Under the pieces are notes generated by a model that worked only from the letters and a program-made list of their open reading frames with translations, was not told the origin of the DNA and did not search any database. The position numbers were made by a program, and so were the translations under genes. Positions 1 through 14,749 of a DNA stretch of 64,000 nucleotides are shown here, piece after piece; within the stretch, counting starts at the first letter, position 1, and the number at the start of each line of letters is the position of its first letter. The stretch lies in assembly GCF_009914755.1 (NCBI RefSeq), contig NC_060936.1; one strand, 5' to 3'. Origin of the DNA: the human T2T-CHM13v2.0 reference genome, Homo sapiens.

Positions 1-244
1 CCTTTGATTCCTCTAATAACCCCACTGGGTGGGTGTGGTCATTAAATCCATCTTATGGATAAAGAAGCTAAGATTCAGAGAAGTAAAATACCTTGTTCAA
101 CTGTTCACTGGGAATAAACAGCAGAGCAGACCCCTGACTCCAGAGCTCATGCTAGAAGGAGCTGAAGCATCCAAATAGTCCACCTGAACTCTTTGATTTT
201 GAAGTTTCAGGGGTTTAGATATAAGCGGTTTGAGGTTGAGGTAT

Positions 245-730
245 GAATTGGTTATCCATCGCCACTACAGTGCTGTGTAATAACCAACCACAAAACTTCA
301 ATGGCATATAACAATAAACATTTAGTTAGCTCACAAGTCTGCATGGTTCAGCTGTTCTGGGTGTGGCTGGGCTCACTGATGTGCCTGCAGTCAGTTGCAT
401 TTCGGCTAGTCAGCTCTGCTGACCTGGCCAGATTCATTCATTGGTGTGAGAGCTGGCTGGCCACCTATTCATCGAATAAGATGACTAGGTCCCAGCTCTG
501 GTCCGTGTCTTTCTTCTTCCATCTAGGCTGGATGTTTGATGGTGATGGCAGAACAAATAGAAACATGCGAGTGCTTGTTCAAGTCTTTGCTTGCATCACA
601 TTTGCCGACAGTCCTTTGGCCAAAGTGAGTCACACATCCCGCCTAGATTCTGGCAGGAATTGGAAAGTCACATGGCAAATGGATATGGACAGGGTGAAGA
701 CTGGGAGCTATTAATGCAATCAGCCTACCT
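245..730 (-). mobile_element. MaLR LTR (MLT1-type), degraded
   Basis: Typical ...taaccaaccacaaaacttcaatggcatataacaataaacattta... start and ttggccaaagtgagtcaca... segment. Confidence 0.6.
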
Positions 731-1351
731 CAAGGCGAACGTCCAAATCAAAACCTTCTTATTTCTATCCATTTTCTACTCCACTAAAGTACAGTTAGAC
801 AGCAATGCTTTTGAAGTTCAGTGGCTTCCTATGGCAACCAGAGTAAAATACCGGTTCCTTACCGTCACTACAAAGCCTGCCATTAGTGGGTCCCTGATGA
901 CTTCTCCAAACTCAATTCTGGCCATTCTCTCCATCTCTCCCTGTGCTCCAGCCACACTGGCCACGTTTTCCTGGGTCAGGGCTTGGCACATGTTGTTCCC
1001 TTTACCTGCAAAGCATCCTAACCCCACCCTCACCCTTCATTTGGCTGCCTTCCCCTCATCCCTTAGGGCGAGGCTTAAATGTCACCTTCTTGTACCACCT
1101 GACCCAAAGTGGCAGCCTCTACCTCAGCTTCCTGTTTGTATTCTTATTTAACTCTCATCACCATTTGCAGTCGTACTTTTTACTTGTTTTCCTATCTTTT
1201 GGTCTGTCTTCCCTGCTGGGGTGCAGGTCCAGGAGGACAAGAACCTCATTGGTCATGTCCACCATTGTGTGCCTGTGCCCAGCATAGCAGTCGATGGAGA
1301 GTGGGCACTCGATACACATATGAATAAACGAATGAGTGAGTGAGTGAGTGA

Positions 1352-1695
<344 letters not shown>

Positions 1696-2677
1696 TCAGA
1701 TAAACTCTTAAAGATAGAGATCAACCTCTCTGGACTTGGGATTCAATGTCCTGCCTCCTCAGAGAAACTCTTATGACCTTAGACAGAATTTCTAGACAAA
1801 ATTTGGCTTATCAGTGAGAGTAATTTTACCAAAGTAAAATTACATGGTGTCTTTCCTCTTGTTTGGTGGGAAGGTGAGGAGCAGGACCAGAGAACCCACC
1901 CCAAAGCCTTCACCATGAGCAGGTGGAAGAGACACGGAATCTGTGACATGGGGAGAGGCAAGTGCCACAGAGCACTAGAGATGGGTTCAGGAAATTTGAG
2001 CCCCAGCCCTGTCCTGCCATGTGTCCTTGGGCAAGCTCCTTGGAATTTCTGTGCCTCAGTTTCCTCATCTGTAAAATGAAGATCATAATCCCCAGCTTAG
2101 GACAGACGTGAGGGTGAGATACACATGGCTCAGTGCATCTCTCATAGGATGAAGTGCAGGGGCAGTTTTATAAAGACAGGAATTCCATTATTTCCTCTAT
2201 CCCAAACAGGTTGTAAGTGTTTCTCTTCCTTCTCACACCTCCTCTGAAATGTTCATTGCTCTGGGCCTACTCCTAGCAGCACAGGGTTGCCATTCTTGTT
2301 TCAGACCAGGGGTCTGCATCTGCTGCAGAGGATTTAAATCATTTCCGAAAAAGTGCAGGATGTTACTCAACATCATGCGGAAGCCAAGTGTTGGACTAAG
2401 AAATGATGTGGACACTGGCAAGCACTGGCAAACAAGGCCTTCAAAGCTTCCCAACTCTTTATTCCACATTCGACAACCTGGTATCGGGAAGAGAATTAAA
2501 TGTATTGAGCACCCTCAGGGGGCCCCACCCTCTGCTAGACAGTTTCACGAACATTTCCTAGTGGAAGTCTTGCAATAGTCATGTTATCAAACTCCATGTT
2601 ACACATCAAGAAACTGAGGCTCAGGGAGATGAAATGTCTTTAGTCAGTGCCTGATTTTTATATAAATGAGCTACTGA

Positions 2678-2679
<2 letters not shown>

Positions 2680-2716
<37 letters not shown>

Positions 2717-2723
2717 TGTGTGT
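2680..2723. repeat. (TG)n microsatellite
   Basis: Read directly. Confidence 0.95.
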
Positions 2724-3684
2724 CAAATGTCATAAGGGACTAAGGAAGGGAGACTGCTTCCCAGTTACAAAAACATTGTGGAATTCCTATTTATGTATCA
2801 TTTTCGATGACATGCCTCTTATGTTTTGTACATGTTCTTTCATTTTGTTCTTTTCCTTCTTGAATGACTATGGGTTGTTCACCTTACGTCAGTAAGTGTC
2901 AAATTGAAGCTAACAATTCACCGATTTTATCTGCTCAATGTACTTTCTCTTGTTTCTTAATAGTGTTACATTTCTGAGACCTATATTTCTTAGTGCTCAT
3001 ATCAACATTGTCAGTTTTCTATTTTCCACCCATTTTGATAGAACAATGAGAGCAAAATGGAATAAAATAACTAATATTCATTAAGCACCTTACTGTCTTG
3101 TGCAATACCCGTAAAAAATCTGTAGTGTGTTCACAATGGCAGATGCTGCATTATTAAGTATTGGCCTGAAAAGAGAGAAACTGTTTTGATTGGGCATGGA
3201 TGAGAACTCAATTCTCCATTTAGAGTTTTACATGTCTGATGATTAAAGAAATTTTCCACGGATGGAGTTCTGCCTTCCCACAGATCAAGTCTTCTTTCTC
3301 CCCTTCCTCCCTCCCCACAGTACCAGCCATTGTAGGACACTGTCATAGCACCTTGGGATCTCTACCCTGCACCTTCATGGCTAGAGAGAGTATGTGGGTG
3401 TCACGGAGGGTGGCAAGAATGTCCTGTAAGCCACTCCCACACTAGGGCAGCAAACAGTAGCCTCACGATACACACAACTGACTGTGATCCCACAAACAGC
3501 CCACTAGACCTAAACTAGATGCTTCTCCAGACTCAAGTTTCCCTTCCACTAGATCCCCCAAAATACTCATGACCGTTTCAGTGCCACTGACATGAGAACA
3601 AGGAGGAAGAGAGGAAATATTATTAAAATATCTTCCTTATGCAAATTTTAATTTTTAATTTCTTTTAATGGAAGACGATTTGCC

Positions 3685-4029
3685 TTTTTTTATTATTGTA
3701 CTTTAAGTTCTAGGGTACATGTGCACAATGTGCAGGTTTGTTACATATGCATACATGTGCCATGTTGGTGTGCTGCACCCATTAACTCGTCATTTACATT
3801 AGGTATATCTCCTAATGCTATCCCTTCCCCCTCTCCCTACCCCACGACAGGCCCTGGTGTGCGATGTTCCCCATCCTGCATCCAAATGTTCTCATTGTTC
3901 AATTCCCACCTATGAGTGAGAACATGCAGTGCTTGGTTTTTTGTCTTTGCGATAGTTTTCTGAGAATGATGGTTTCCAGCTTCATCCATGTCCCTACAAA
4001 GGACATGAACTCCTCCTTTTTTATGGCTG
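3685..4029 (-). mobile_element. 5'-truncated L1PA 3' end (roughly L1PA4-6 type) with 16-bp TSD CTTATGCAAATTTTAA
   Basis: Canonical antisense L1 3'UTR (ctttaagttctagggtacatgtgcacaatgtgcagg...); TSD at 3636-3651 and 4031-4046. Confidence 0.9.
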
Positions 4030-5132
4030 TCTTATGCAAATTTTAAAAATTATATATATAAATATATGATTTTTTAAAATAAAAACTAAAATCATGTAAT
4101 CCCATTGTTGGGGGCACACCCAGGGCCATAGCAGGAGCTTGTTCAAGTGAGCCTGTGGAGCTAAAGCTTCAATAGCTTCATGGTAGGTAATCAGCCTCTG
4201 CCGTCACACTGAACTAGAGTCATCTGGACCCTGTTTCACTGGGAACAGGCACAGTGGTAGCAGGGGTGGTAGAACCCATGGAGTACTAATAGGAGAAACA
4301 AATGTGTGATGACATAGTACAGGGGTCATCAAACAATGGCCCATAGGCCAAGTCAGTCCCACTGCCTCAAGAAAGCTCACCCCTCAAGAAAGCCCTTGCC
4401 CCAACAGATGGCCCTTGAGCACTCCATCTCAGCCAGACTTCATGCAGACATGGCTCCTCTCTAAATAGGATCCCAGGGCCTGCACCATGTCTATGGTAGA
4501 AGGGAAGAAAATAGCTCCATTATGCTGTCCTAGTCTCAATATTCATGATGAACCTGTTCTGCCATGGTACCAATAATTGCTCGGCTCCAGGTCTCATTCT
4601 CTGCCAATCTCCTGAGCTTGGGGTTGGACTGCTTTTGTTTTTTATTTCTGTTGGGGTGTGAGTCTTAGTGTCCTGTGTCTGTCCTCATTTGGTTAATTGC
4701 ATGTTGCCTATTTAAAATCTCCCCCCACTGTTTCAATTAGATGAAGTGTTCTTCATGTTCTGCTTGGCAAATCAGGTTGCAAAGCATTTGGGGTCCTCCT
4801 GGTTTGGCGGGGAGGCAGGTATTATTAATTACACAAAAGCTGTGTGGGTCTGAATAAATCACTCTGGTAACACTGTTGTACTCTTTCCCAGGATTTGGAA
4901 ACCAAGGAAATATTTTATGTGACATGAGCCTGGATTATTGAAGTAGCCTCCTAACTGGTCTCCCTACTTTCACCTTTGTCTCCTCCTCTCTATTTTCTAT
5001 TCTCTACCCAACATCCAGAGTGATCCTGTTAAGATACAATTCAGATCATGTCAGTATGCTGAAATCCTTCCAACAGCTAACCAATTACTCCCATAAACCC
5101 AAAGTCCTTACACTGATCTACAGGGCTGTGCA

Positions 5133-5356
5133 TCAGGGGTCTCCCAACCATGCTCCAAACCTAGCTGCCTGCTGTCCATTTAAAAAATAAAGTCTTTTTA
5201 AAATGGAACACAGTCATGCCCATTGGTTTGTTTACTGTCTAGGGCTGCTTTCTTGCCACAGCTGCAGAGTTGAGCCATTGCAGCAAAGACCATGCATCCT
5301 GCAAAGCCTAAAGTATTTGCTATCAGCCCTTTATAAAAAAATCTTGCTGACCCCTG
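5133..5356. mobile_element. MER58-like hAT MITE inserted in an L2
   Basis: cagggg...gctgacccctg termini and internal aaagcctaaagtatttgctatc motif. Confidence 0.7.
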
Positions 5357-5464
5357 CCCTACCTCATGCCCCATCTCCACTCTCTACTGTCGCCTCTCAG
5401 ACCCTACCTCATCCTTGCTCACTTTGCTGCATCCACACTAGGCTCTCTGCTATTCTCCTAAAAG

Positions 5465-5703
5465 CAACTTGTCCAACACACGGCCCACAGGCCACATGTG
5501 GTCCAGGATAGCTTCGAATGTGGCCCAACACAAATACATAAACATAAACTTTCTTAATACATTATGAGATTTTTTCTTTCTTTCTTTCTTTTTTTTTTTT
5601 TTTGCTCATCAGCTATCATTAGTGTTAGTGTATTTTATGTATGGCCCAAAACAAGTCTTCTTTTTCCAGTGTGGCCCAGGGAAGCCAAAAATTCGACACC
5701 CCT
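5465..5703. mobile_element. MER30 hAT MITE
   Basis: ggcccacaggccacatgtggtccaggatagc...gtgtggcccagggaagccaaaa. Confidence 0.75.
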
Positions 5704-8700
5704 TCCCTAAAGCATCATACACTCTTCCATCTTGGCCTTGGGCTTGGCTGGTCCTTCTGCTGGGAATGTTTTTCCCCAGGTATCCTCATGACTTGCTCCT
5801 TTCCTTCCCTTGGGGCTTCATTGGATACTTGCCTTCTCCCCAGGGACTTCCCTGGTCACTCTATTTAAATTATAGCTTGCCCTTGACAGCCTTTAGCCTG
5901 CTTCCATTATTTGTGCTTTGCTGAGGGATTTTTCACTAACATAATGTATGTTTTACTTACTTATCTTGTCTCTACCCCTCCACCCCAAAGTAAGCATCTT
6001 GAATACAGGTATCTTTGTCTGTTTTACTCTTTGCTATATCCCCAAGGTCTCGATTAGTGCCTTGCATATAGTAGGTGCTCAATTAATGTAGGTCAGATGA
6101 ATGAATATAACATTATAGGTTTAGAATTTTGCTGCACAACAGAAAACTCAAACAGAGGCCTGTTCAGGCCAGTAGGGTGGCTGCACAAGGCCATCAGGGG
6201 GCCTGGCCATCTAGCTTTCCTCTCTGCCATCTTTGGTAGGTGGCTTTCTTTCTCCCCATGGTGTTCTCATGAGCATGAGGATGTTCGCCTCACCTCTGGG
6301 CTCCCCTTCATGCTCCAGGTTATAAAGAAGGAAGTGACTGGGAGAAAGAGGTTCCACCTACATCAGGAAAGCAAAACTTTCTAGAAATGCCCAGCACACT
6401 TCTGCATGTATCTCTTTAGCCAGAAATGAGTCACCCCAAGCTACGGGGGAGGATGGGAATTATAGTCTCCTAGCAGGATGCATTAATACCCTAAAGGAAA
6501 TCAAGTTTCTGGTAGTAAGGTGAAAGGGGAAATGGATATCAAAGAGGTGACTTATACCATCAGCCACATCTGGCCTTTGATTTTGTTCTCAGCTGGGATA
6601 AGTATTTAGAGGGTAGAACTTGGAGAACTCCTGGGACTCCAGAAAAGCACAAAAAGCAGAAATGCTGATTTTCCAAGGTCAGCCCAAACTTCCTCTGCAG
6701 TGTAGTCTCATAACTTCTCATGACCTTCCTCTGTTGTTGGGCTTATGTCATGCTTACCATTGATTCTCAGTCCTTAGCAGTGCATGTAGCCTGTGGTAGA
6801 TGCTCAGGAACTATTTCTATAATAAATAAGTGAAGTGAAATTTCATTCTGGGGAGTGTGTACACACACACATAGGTACCTATATGTGGGTGTTTAAATGC
6901 CTAGTTTCCATTTATTGCATGCTTCCTTTATGCTAGTCATATAATGTCTATTCAATTCTGCCAATAACCCTGTGAAGCCAAGAGTGGCACCCCATTTTGT
7001 GGTGAGAATTATAAAAGTATCTGTTTCAAGGCTCAGTAACCTTAAGGAAGCTTTGCAGGAACTAATAAGTGGTAGAGATAAGACTCAAAGCTCTAGGCCA
7101 CCGACTCTAAAGCTTATGTACCTGTGATCACAATCATTCATTTAGTCATTCAACAAATATATACTTGGTGCTTACTGTGTGCCAGGCACTGTTGCAATGA
7201 TCATATTTCCTCCATTTAGAAAATATTTCTCAAATCAAAAGACTTAAACTTTTGTAAGTGAAGGGTAAGACAAAGAAATTAAAATATAAATGTCCTATCT
7301 GTTTTTATCTGTGTGTTTTCTTCTGAAAGTTTCTAGGTAAAGAACACACCCATGTACCTTCATTGTCACATGCTTATTTTAACTTTCTCAACTAGCATCA
7401 TTTACGTGCATTTTAATTTGTTTAATGAGAGTGTAAAGTACTTGAGATTAGGGAGTATGTCTTATCCGTTGTTGAGTTCCAATCCTAAACTTGCCTGCAT
7501 TGCCTGCAGTTAAGACAGTAATGGGCACACTGAGTTCAGTAGATTACTGTTGGATGAAACAGAATGTTATGAGACTGGGTTCTTGGCTGCAAGCAACAGA
7601 AACCTGTCCTGAGTGATTTAAGCAGGAAAGGGATTTATTAGAGTGACATAGCCCACAGAATCAGCTTTATAATGTTGGCAGGAACTAAAAGAGGTTACAT
7701 GGCAAGAATATAACCAAAGTCATGGCTGGGTAAGCTGCCACCACTGACACTACCCCTACTAGACACTCAGTCTGTCATTGCTGGATATTGAATGCTGATG
7801 TTCACTGCTGGAATACTGTATCATCTAGGTTATGCTGCAGTAACAAACAACCCCATGTCAATGTCTTAAATGACAAAAGTTAAGTTTTTATTCCCATTAT
7901 CTGTCTCCCATGGTGTGGAGGATGACTCTGATCATCAGAGTTGCTCAAGATCCCAGGCTGATAGAGACTCCAGCTCAACTCAGGTGTTCATGATCCCAGA
8001 GGCTGGAAAAATGAAGAGCATGAGGCCATTTGTACATCAGCTCTTGAAGCTTCTTTCTGATGTACCACATGCTACCTCCCTCTCACATTTCATTAATGAA
8101 GGCAAGGCACATAGCCATGCCTAATTTCATAAGGGGTGGGAAAGTACCAATCTTTTAAGTATCCCCAAGGAGAATTTTTTATTTATGATCAGCTTTGATG
8201 ACTTCACAAACTCCAATACTACCTCCACCATGAATATTTGCTTACTAGCTCTGCAATTTGTGCTACTCACTTAAAATTTAAAATCTAAAATCCTGGCAAG
8301 AGTGTCTCACTGGCATATTGCCCCATCAGAAAGACACATGAGAGACAGCACATGCTGGTCAGCCCTAAGACCACAAATATGACTGAATTTTTCCTCTTCT
8401 TTGTTAGTTGGAATTTGCACTGCTGGTCAAGCTTGTTTCTACCAGGGTGATGCATTCTAAAAAGGATCTCTAGATGTGGGATAACCTTTGCACTCTTTGA
8501 AGAGATAGTACTAGCTATTCAAACCATTTTTGGTTTCTAAAAGGGAATAAATTAATAAAGGAATGTGTTTTATTCTTATGCCCTAGGACTCAGCATTCAA
8601 CACATATTGTCCTACATGTTTCTGAAGTACTTTTCTAGATTAAAAGCTATTGAAAAAAAGTTGGGGGTCAAATAATTATGGAAAATGCTAAATTCATTTA

Positions 8701-8709
8701 GTCATTTTT

Positions 8710-9235
8710 TGTGATAGGCAGCCTCTAAGCTGGTTAATGATCTGCATCTCCTGTTATTCATACCCTTGTCTCATACTCTCTCCCTGAGTGTGGGCTGGGT
8801 TTATTGACTCACTTCTAACAAATGCACTACAATAGAAGTGATGGGATGTCAATTCTGAGATTATGTTATAAAAAGAATATGGCTTCCATCTTGGGTTCTC
8901 TCTCTTGCTCTTTTGCTTTGGGGGAAGCCAGCTGTCCTGTTGGGAGCTGCCTATATGACGAAGAACTAAAGCCTCCAGCCAAGAGCCAGGAAGGACCAGA
9001 GGCCCATGAACAGTCATGTGAGTCATCTTGCAAGTGGATCCTCCCCAAGTGAGGCTTGAGATGATGGCAGCCAGGATGACACCTTAATCTCAGCCTGTGT
9101 GATTCCGAAGCACAGAACCCAGTTAAGCTGTGCTTGGATTCTTGACCCACAGAATCTATGAAATAATGTTTTAAAATGTTGTTTTAAAGTGCTAAGCTTC
9201 AGAATAATTCTTTACATAGCAATAGATAACTAGTA
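8710..9235 (+). mobile_element. MLT1F-like solo LTR
   Basis: tgtgataggcagcctctaag...catagcaatagataactagta. Confidence 0.7.
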
Positions 9236-10399
9236 TATTCTTTCATTCATTCGATAAATATCAAAGCACATGATGCAAGGCTCTTGGGACATTTTAGTGA
9301 TTACAATAGAACTGAGTTCCGCCCTTATGGAGTTAATTAATTTAAACCTGTTTCTATCCTACAGGAATAAACAGAGGCTTTAATATGTAAATATTAATCA
9401 TGAATCTCTAAAAGGGGTAGAAAGTGTTTGGTGGATCCCAAACTTTAAACATTTTTATTTTGCTTGGCATTTTATAGGGCTAATGTTTTGTGGAACACAC
9501 ATTAGAAAATTTTCTATAAGCTAAATGAGTTAATGAATTAAACTTGTAATTTTAAAGGCTTAAACTCCTCTGCAAATATTTCAGAGTATGCCCCCCTTTG
9601 TTCATTATGAGCTTAATAGTGATTCTTTTTTTCCTGGACCACATGCACACTTTCACTAATTTATTTAGCAAACATTGACTGATTATCTACGATGTTGCAG
9701 GCACCGGATTGTTGCTTGGGCAATGGTGCTGCTGTGTTTCTCCCCAAGTCTATTTGGAAATTAGCTAATTGTTTCATTTTGGGAGTAATGGTTTCAGTCA
9801 CAATATTTGGGCAAAGAGCAAAGAAGAGAAAGAATGGAATTGGCTAATATTAAAATCAAAGCCTCACTGAAAACAGTAATGTGTATTAAAGCAGAGAATT
9901 GTCCTCAAGGAGAGAAGACATAATCCGTATTGAAATAGTGCCTGAAACACTTTATTGTACTGTATTTAAAATGTTTAAAGAAAGCTTGGAACAAATAAAG
10001 CCCTGAAAAGGTCTTTCAAATTGAAATGAATTCTTGGCGTGCTTTTCCCTCCACAACTAAGGTCTTCCCCACAATAGCCGGCTTCAGAGAAGCAGTGAGT
10101 GGAAGCCAGGCTTTTATCTTGATGTCTAATGTGTATCAAGTGTTTCATATTTTGGGTAGAAGGCAGGGAGAAAGGGACACCTCGTTTATGAAATGGACTG
10201 AAATGGCAATCTTATTTTGTCTTTGGTGCACTGCTCCTGAGGAATTCACGTGACAGTCCCAGATTTAGTGAGATAGTAAATGTGCTGGGATCAATCTGTC
10301 AGCTAATGATATCCCATTTTTATCCCTGGAAGGCATTTGAGGTCTGGATTTATAGAAATAAGGCAGTGCTGGTGTTGGTAAAGGTAAGAAGAAATGGGA

Positions 10400-11650
10400 T
10401 GGACTGACAATTCAAAAGTAAAATGTACAGATATAAAATAAGATAAAAGATAATCTTTATCTCTTCAAAATAGGGAAGACCTTTTAAACTTATGAACCTT
10501 AAAGAACTGACAAATTTAACCATGAGAAAATTAAAATCTTCTGAAAGCAAAGTAAATAAATAAGTTTAAGGGGGAAGATGACAAGCCATGGAGAATTATC
10601 TACAATATATATGACAGAGAAAGACTTAGTATTTTAATTCTATAAGTAGTTCATATAAACCAATAAGAAAAATACATCTCAGGGCCAAAGGGGTGCTGCT
10701 TCCCACTTGTATGGTCTTGGGCAAGCTGTTAAATCTCTGGACCTCAGTTTCCTCATCTGTAAAATAAGCATTATAGGGTTGTTGTAAGGCAAGCTGATGT
10801 ATTTCATGCACTTGGAATAGTGCCAGACACATTGCGAATGGTATATAAGTGTTAGTTATTTCTCTTAAAGTGCTATATAGAAAAAAATGATCATGGCAAG
10901 TGGTGCTGATGTAGTAGAGACACAGGCACTGCTGCATGCTGCTAGAGGGATATAAAATGGTCCAGTCTTCTTGGAGGGCAATTTAGCATCATGCATCAAG
11001 CTCTTAGAATGCTACATTGCCCTGGATCAAATTCCATTGCAAGAATCTTTCCCAAGAAAATAAGAAGTCAAACATATGAAGAAATAGCTGTAAATGGCTT
11101 CCGTTCAGAACTGTGTACATTTATTTATGCAATACTGGAAAGGGCACAAATGTCCAATAATAACAGATTCAGTGAGCAAATTATTGAACATCCGTTTAGT
11201 AGACTATATAATCATTACAGATGATATAAGCAAAACCACTATAAAAGGCATTTTGGGGAGAACTAGAATATGAAATATATATTGTTGGGTAATACTATTA
11301 TGTCAATGCTGTTTCTTGGTGTGATAATGATCTTATGTTTCCTCGTAGGAGAATATAGGATACATGCTGAAGTGTTAATGATGTCTGCAGCACACTTTCA
11401 AGTGGTTCGGGAAAAAAAACCATATATATGTTATTTCTGAAATATATATAAAATATCAGAGAATGAGAGAAAGCAAATGTTAGTAATGGTGAATCTGGGT
11501 GAAGGATGGATGGGGTGTTTATCAACTTTTCTGTTTAAAATTTTTCAAAATAAAAACCTGGAAAAACATAAGCAAACATTTGAAGACCCAGAAAAACATG
11601 ATATATTTCAATGAAACAAATGGACTATAATCAGTATGATCCCACTTTTG
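10400..11650 (+). mobile_element. Old L1M fragments with an embedded MIR (~10700-10860)
   Basis: A-rich degraded L1 ORF2-end/3'UTR-like sequence; MIR core cctcagtttcctcatctgtaaaat. Confidence 0.55.
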
Positions 11651-12993
11651 GTTAAAAGATTAGGATTAGCTGGTATTTTGTGGGGAGTCTGTCTATGTGC
11701 CATACACTGTGCAAAGCACTTACAGGCATTGTCTTATGTCATTATAACCCCCCATGAGGTTTAGGAGGCAATACAATTTTCCCCACGTAAACAATCAATA
11801 GATGAAAGTTCAGAGGTTAAAAACTTATTTAAAAACCACAAACCAGCCACTGGTACTTAAACATGGGTCTTTATGACCTTAAGTCCACACTCTTGACTAT
11901 TGATACTACTCTTTTGCACAAAGAGCAGAAGGTTGCTGCAGCTACTAAAATGATATTGATTGTACTTCATAATTATTGATAAGGGTGGTAATGGAGGTAC
12001 ATGTTCAATGCTTTAAAGAAGCAGAGCAAAGGGAGGGGCCAGTTCTTTAGGGCAGGATAGGAGTAGTGTGGTAGTTTTTACCAAAATGGTAACATTTGAC
12101 CTGGGCTTTGAAGGATGCATAGGAGTACAACAGGAAAAAAAAAGTAACAGTATTCAATACAGGGAACAGCATGAGTACAATACAGGGAACAGCATGAGTA
12201 AAGACACACACTATCTTTAAGAAACTATAAAACTGTCATTTGCTTTTAAAGAGTGTGGGTGTTGGTTATCCAAGCAGGGTGGTAGCTAATGAGGTTGGAC
12301 AGAGACCAGCACTACTACCTTCTGATGCAATGGGAGCTAGTGTAGAAGAATGATCCAGGCAGCAGAGTAGAGGTAAGTTTGCATGGACAGTAAGTCTGGT
12401 ACTGGGGACATCAAGTGAGGGCCTGTTGGTAACAATCCCAACAGAAGGTGATGAGTGATTTTACTGGGATAAGGACAGTGGGAAGGCATTACATGGATAC
12501 CCTCCCTAATAAATACCTGTCTTACAATATGATAAACTACCTACATGTGTGTCTTATCTCCTTGATGGTCCTTCGCTTGTCTATACTCATAACCATGCCT
12601 GACATTCTCCTGCCCTGCCTTGCCTACTTTGTATCATGGGGAACTCCCCTTCCCAGACCCTCTTGCCCTCCAGCTGCTTGATAGGTTTAGCCAGCAGGAG
12701 GCCCTGGCAGAAGATGTGAGGTAGGTGGAGAGGAGATCCCTGGGCTTTTCTGTCCCTCTCTGTCTGCTTCAGGTTGTATTCCTGGCAGCAGCTGTGTCTT
12801 ACCTTTGACTCCAGTTCCTGCCAGACAGCCCCTCCCAACATAGGCTTCTTCCTGCTCAGCCTCCACTGTGGTTCTAGCTCTTGTCGGTTAGCTTGGCTTC
12901 TGGTAGTACCGTTTCCTTCCTTGTCCCTTCAGCCTTGTGGGTGGCTGAGGCTGCCTGCTGGTGCGAATTTTTCAGCTGCCTCCTCCCTGTCCA

Positions 12994-13288
<295 letters not shown>

Positions 13289-14749
13289 TTCCCTGTCCTT
13301 TTAACTCCTCAGCTCTCCCATGCCTGCTGTAAATTATTCTTTGTATTAGATTCTTTTGGATTAAAACACCTAGAGTGGCTTCTATTCACTGGCTGGACTC
13401 TGACACATTCCCCACCTACAGCAGAAGTTCCTAATGGACAGAGACTCTCTCTCCATTTTTAGAATTCCACAGGAGGGACATGGCGGTTACTCAAGAATTA
13501 TCTGATTGATTTCCTGGTCTCAGATCCCATCAGTGATTCTCATAGGCTCTCCTGTGTGGGGTCTGCAAAGAGAAGATACGGGGGAAAGAGGAACGAGTTC
13601 TTAATCCTCCTTCCAGGGGCTTTGCTTGGGTTGTGGAGTAGTTTCCTTTCATTCATTCTTTCATTCCTTCAATCAACAAACATGTTTTGAGTACCTAGTA
13701 AATGCTGGGGATATAGAATGAGCCTTTCCTTGTGGAGCTCGCATATTACTAGGGAACTTTGGTGCACTGGAAAGCCACTGGGGAGATGAGGCTGGTCCAT
13801 TTTTCCCAGAGTCACTGACTAGAGAGAATCTGCTTAGGAAATAGAGACTTTTAGGGTAAGACTTTTTGGGGGCAGATTCTGTGCTAACACACCTATCCAT
13901 TCACTCCAATGAGCGTTTCTTGAGTACCTGCTATGTGCTAGTTGATGGGGTTTACAGTAGTGAATGAGACAAATAGGTCAACATCCTCATGCATCATATA
14001 GTCTAGTTGGGGTGACAGGTATTAAGCAATAATGAGATAAATCTATAATAAAAACCAGAACACATGCACTGAAAGAGAAGTAAATATCCTACGAGAGCTG
14101 ATAGTAGGAGAACGTCATCTAGCTTGGGGTTTCAATGGTCAGGTCAAGTCTCCCCAAGGAAGCGAGACCCAAGAAATGCCTGTCCTATTTTCTTACTGCT
14201 CTCTGAGTGCTTGTCACCAACATTCTCAGATTTTAACAGACCAGATTGCCTGAAGATAATGAACTTAGAAAGGTCAGCATTTCCTCCAGTCTGTCAATTC
14301 AATAAACTGACCTCCGATAGAATAACATTCCTGGTGGAGCAGAACGCTGCATTTGTGGTAGCTGTAATGATTGTCCACAAACATTCCAGTTCCCTTTACG
14401 GGTGGGTGTTAAGATTGTAGTTTCCTGCTCCTTTGGGGTTAGATGTGGCCATGTGCCTGGCTTTAGCTAATGAAAAACAAACAGAAGCAATGTGGGTGTG
14501 TAACTTCCAGGTGAAAACCTTAAAATGTCAGTTTTATTCTTATGGTCTCCACCCCTTTTTCTGCCTCATCAGTTTTAGAAGCGTGTGTTGAGAGGGTGCT
14601 TCCAGGGAGAGAGATGATGGCTTTCCCACTATGACAAAGGGTGCCTGATGCCCAAGACATAAAGAATCACTGCTAGGAGGGCCATGCTCACATTGGGATA
14701 TGCTCTGACAGTCCCCAAAGTTAACAGGTGCCTTTTTAAAGCTCTTTGA

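Noticed and set aside
591-1151. 186-aa ORF
   Set aside because: Non-ATG start; spans MLT1 and L2 remnants; no coding features
3130-4200. Possible old DNA-transposon remnant hosting the L1PA insertion
   Set aside because: A terminal-like sequence near 4160-4200 is suggestive, but I cannot assign family or boundaries
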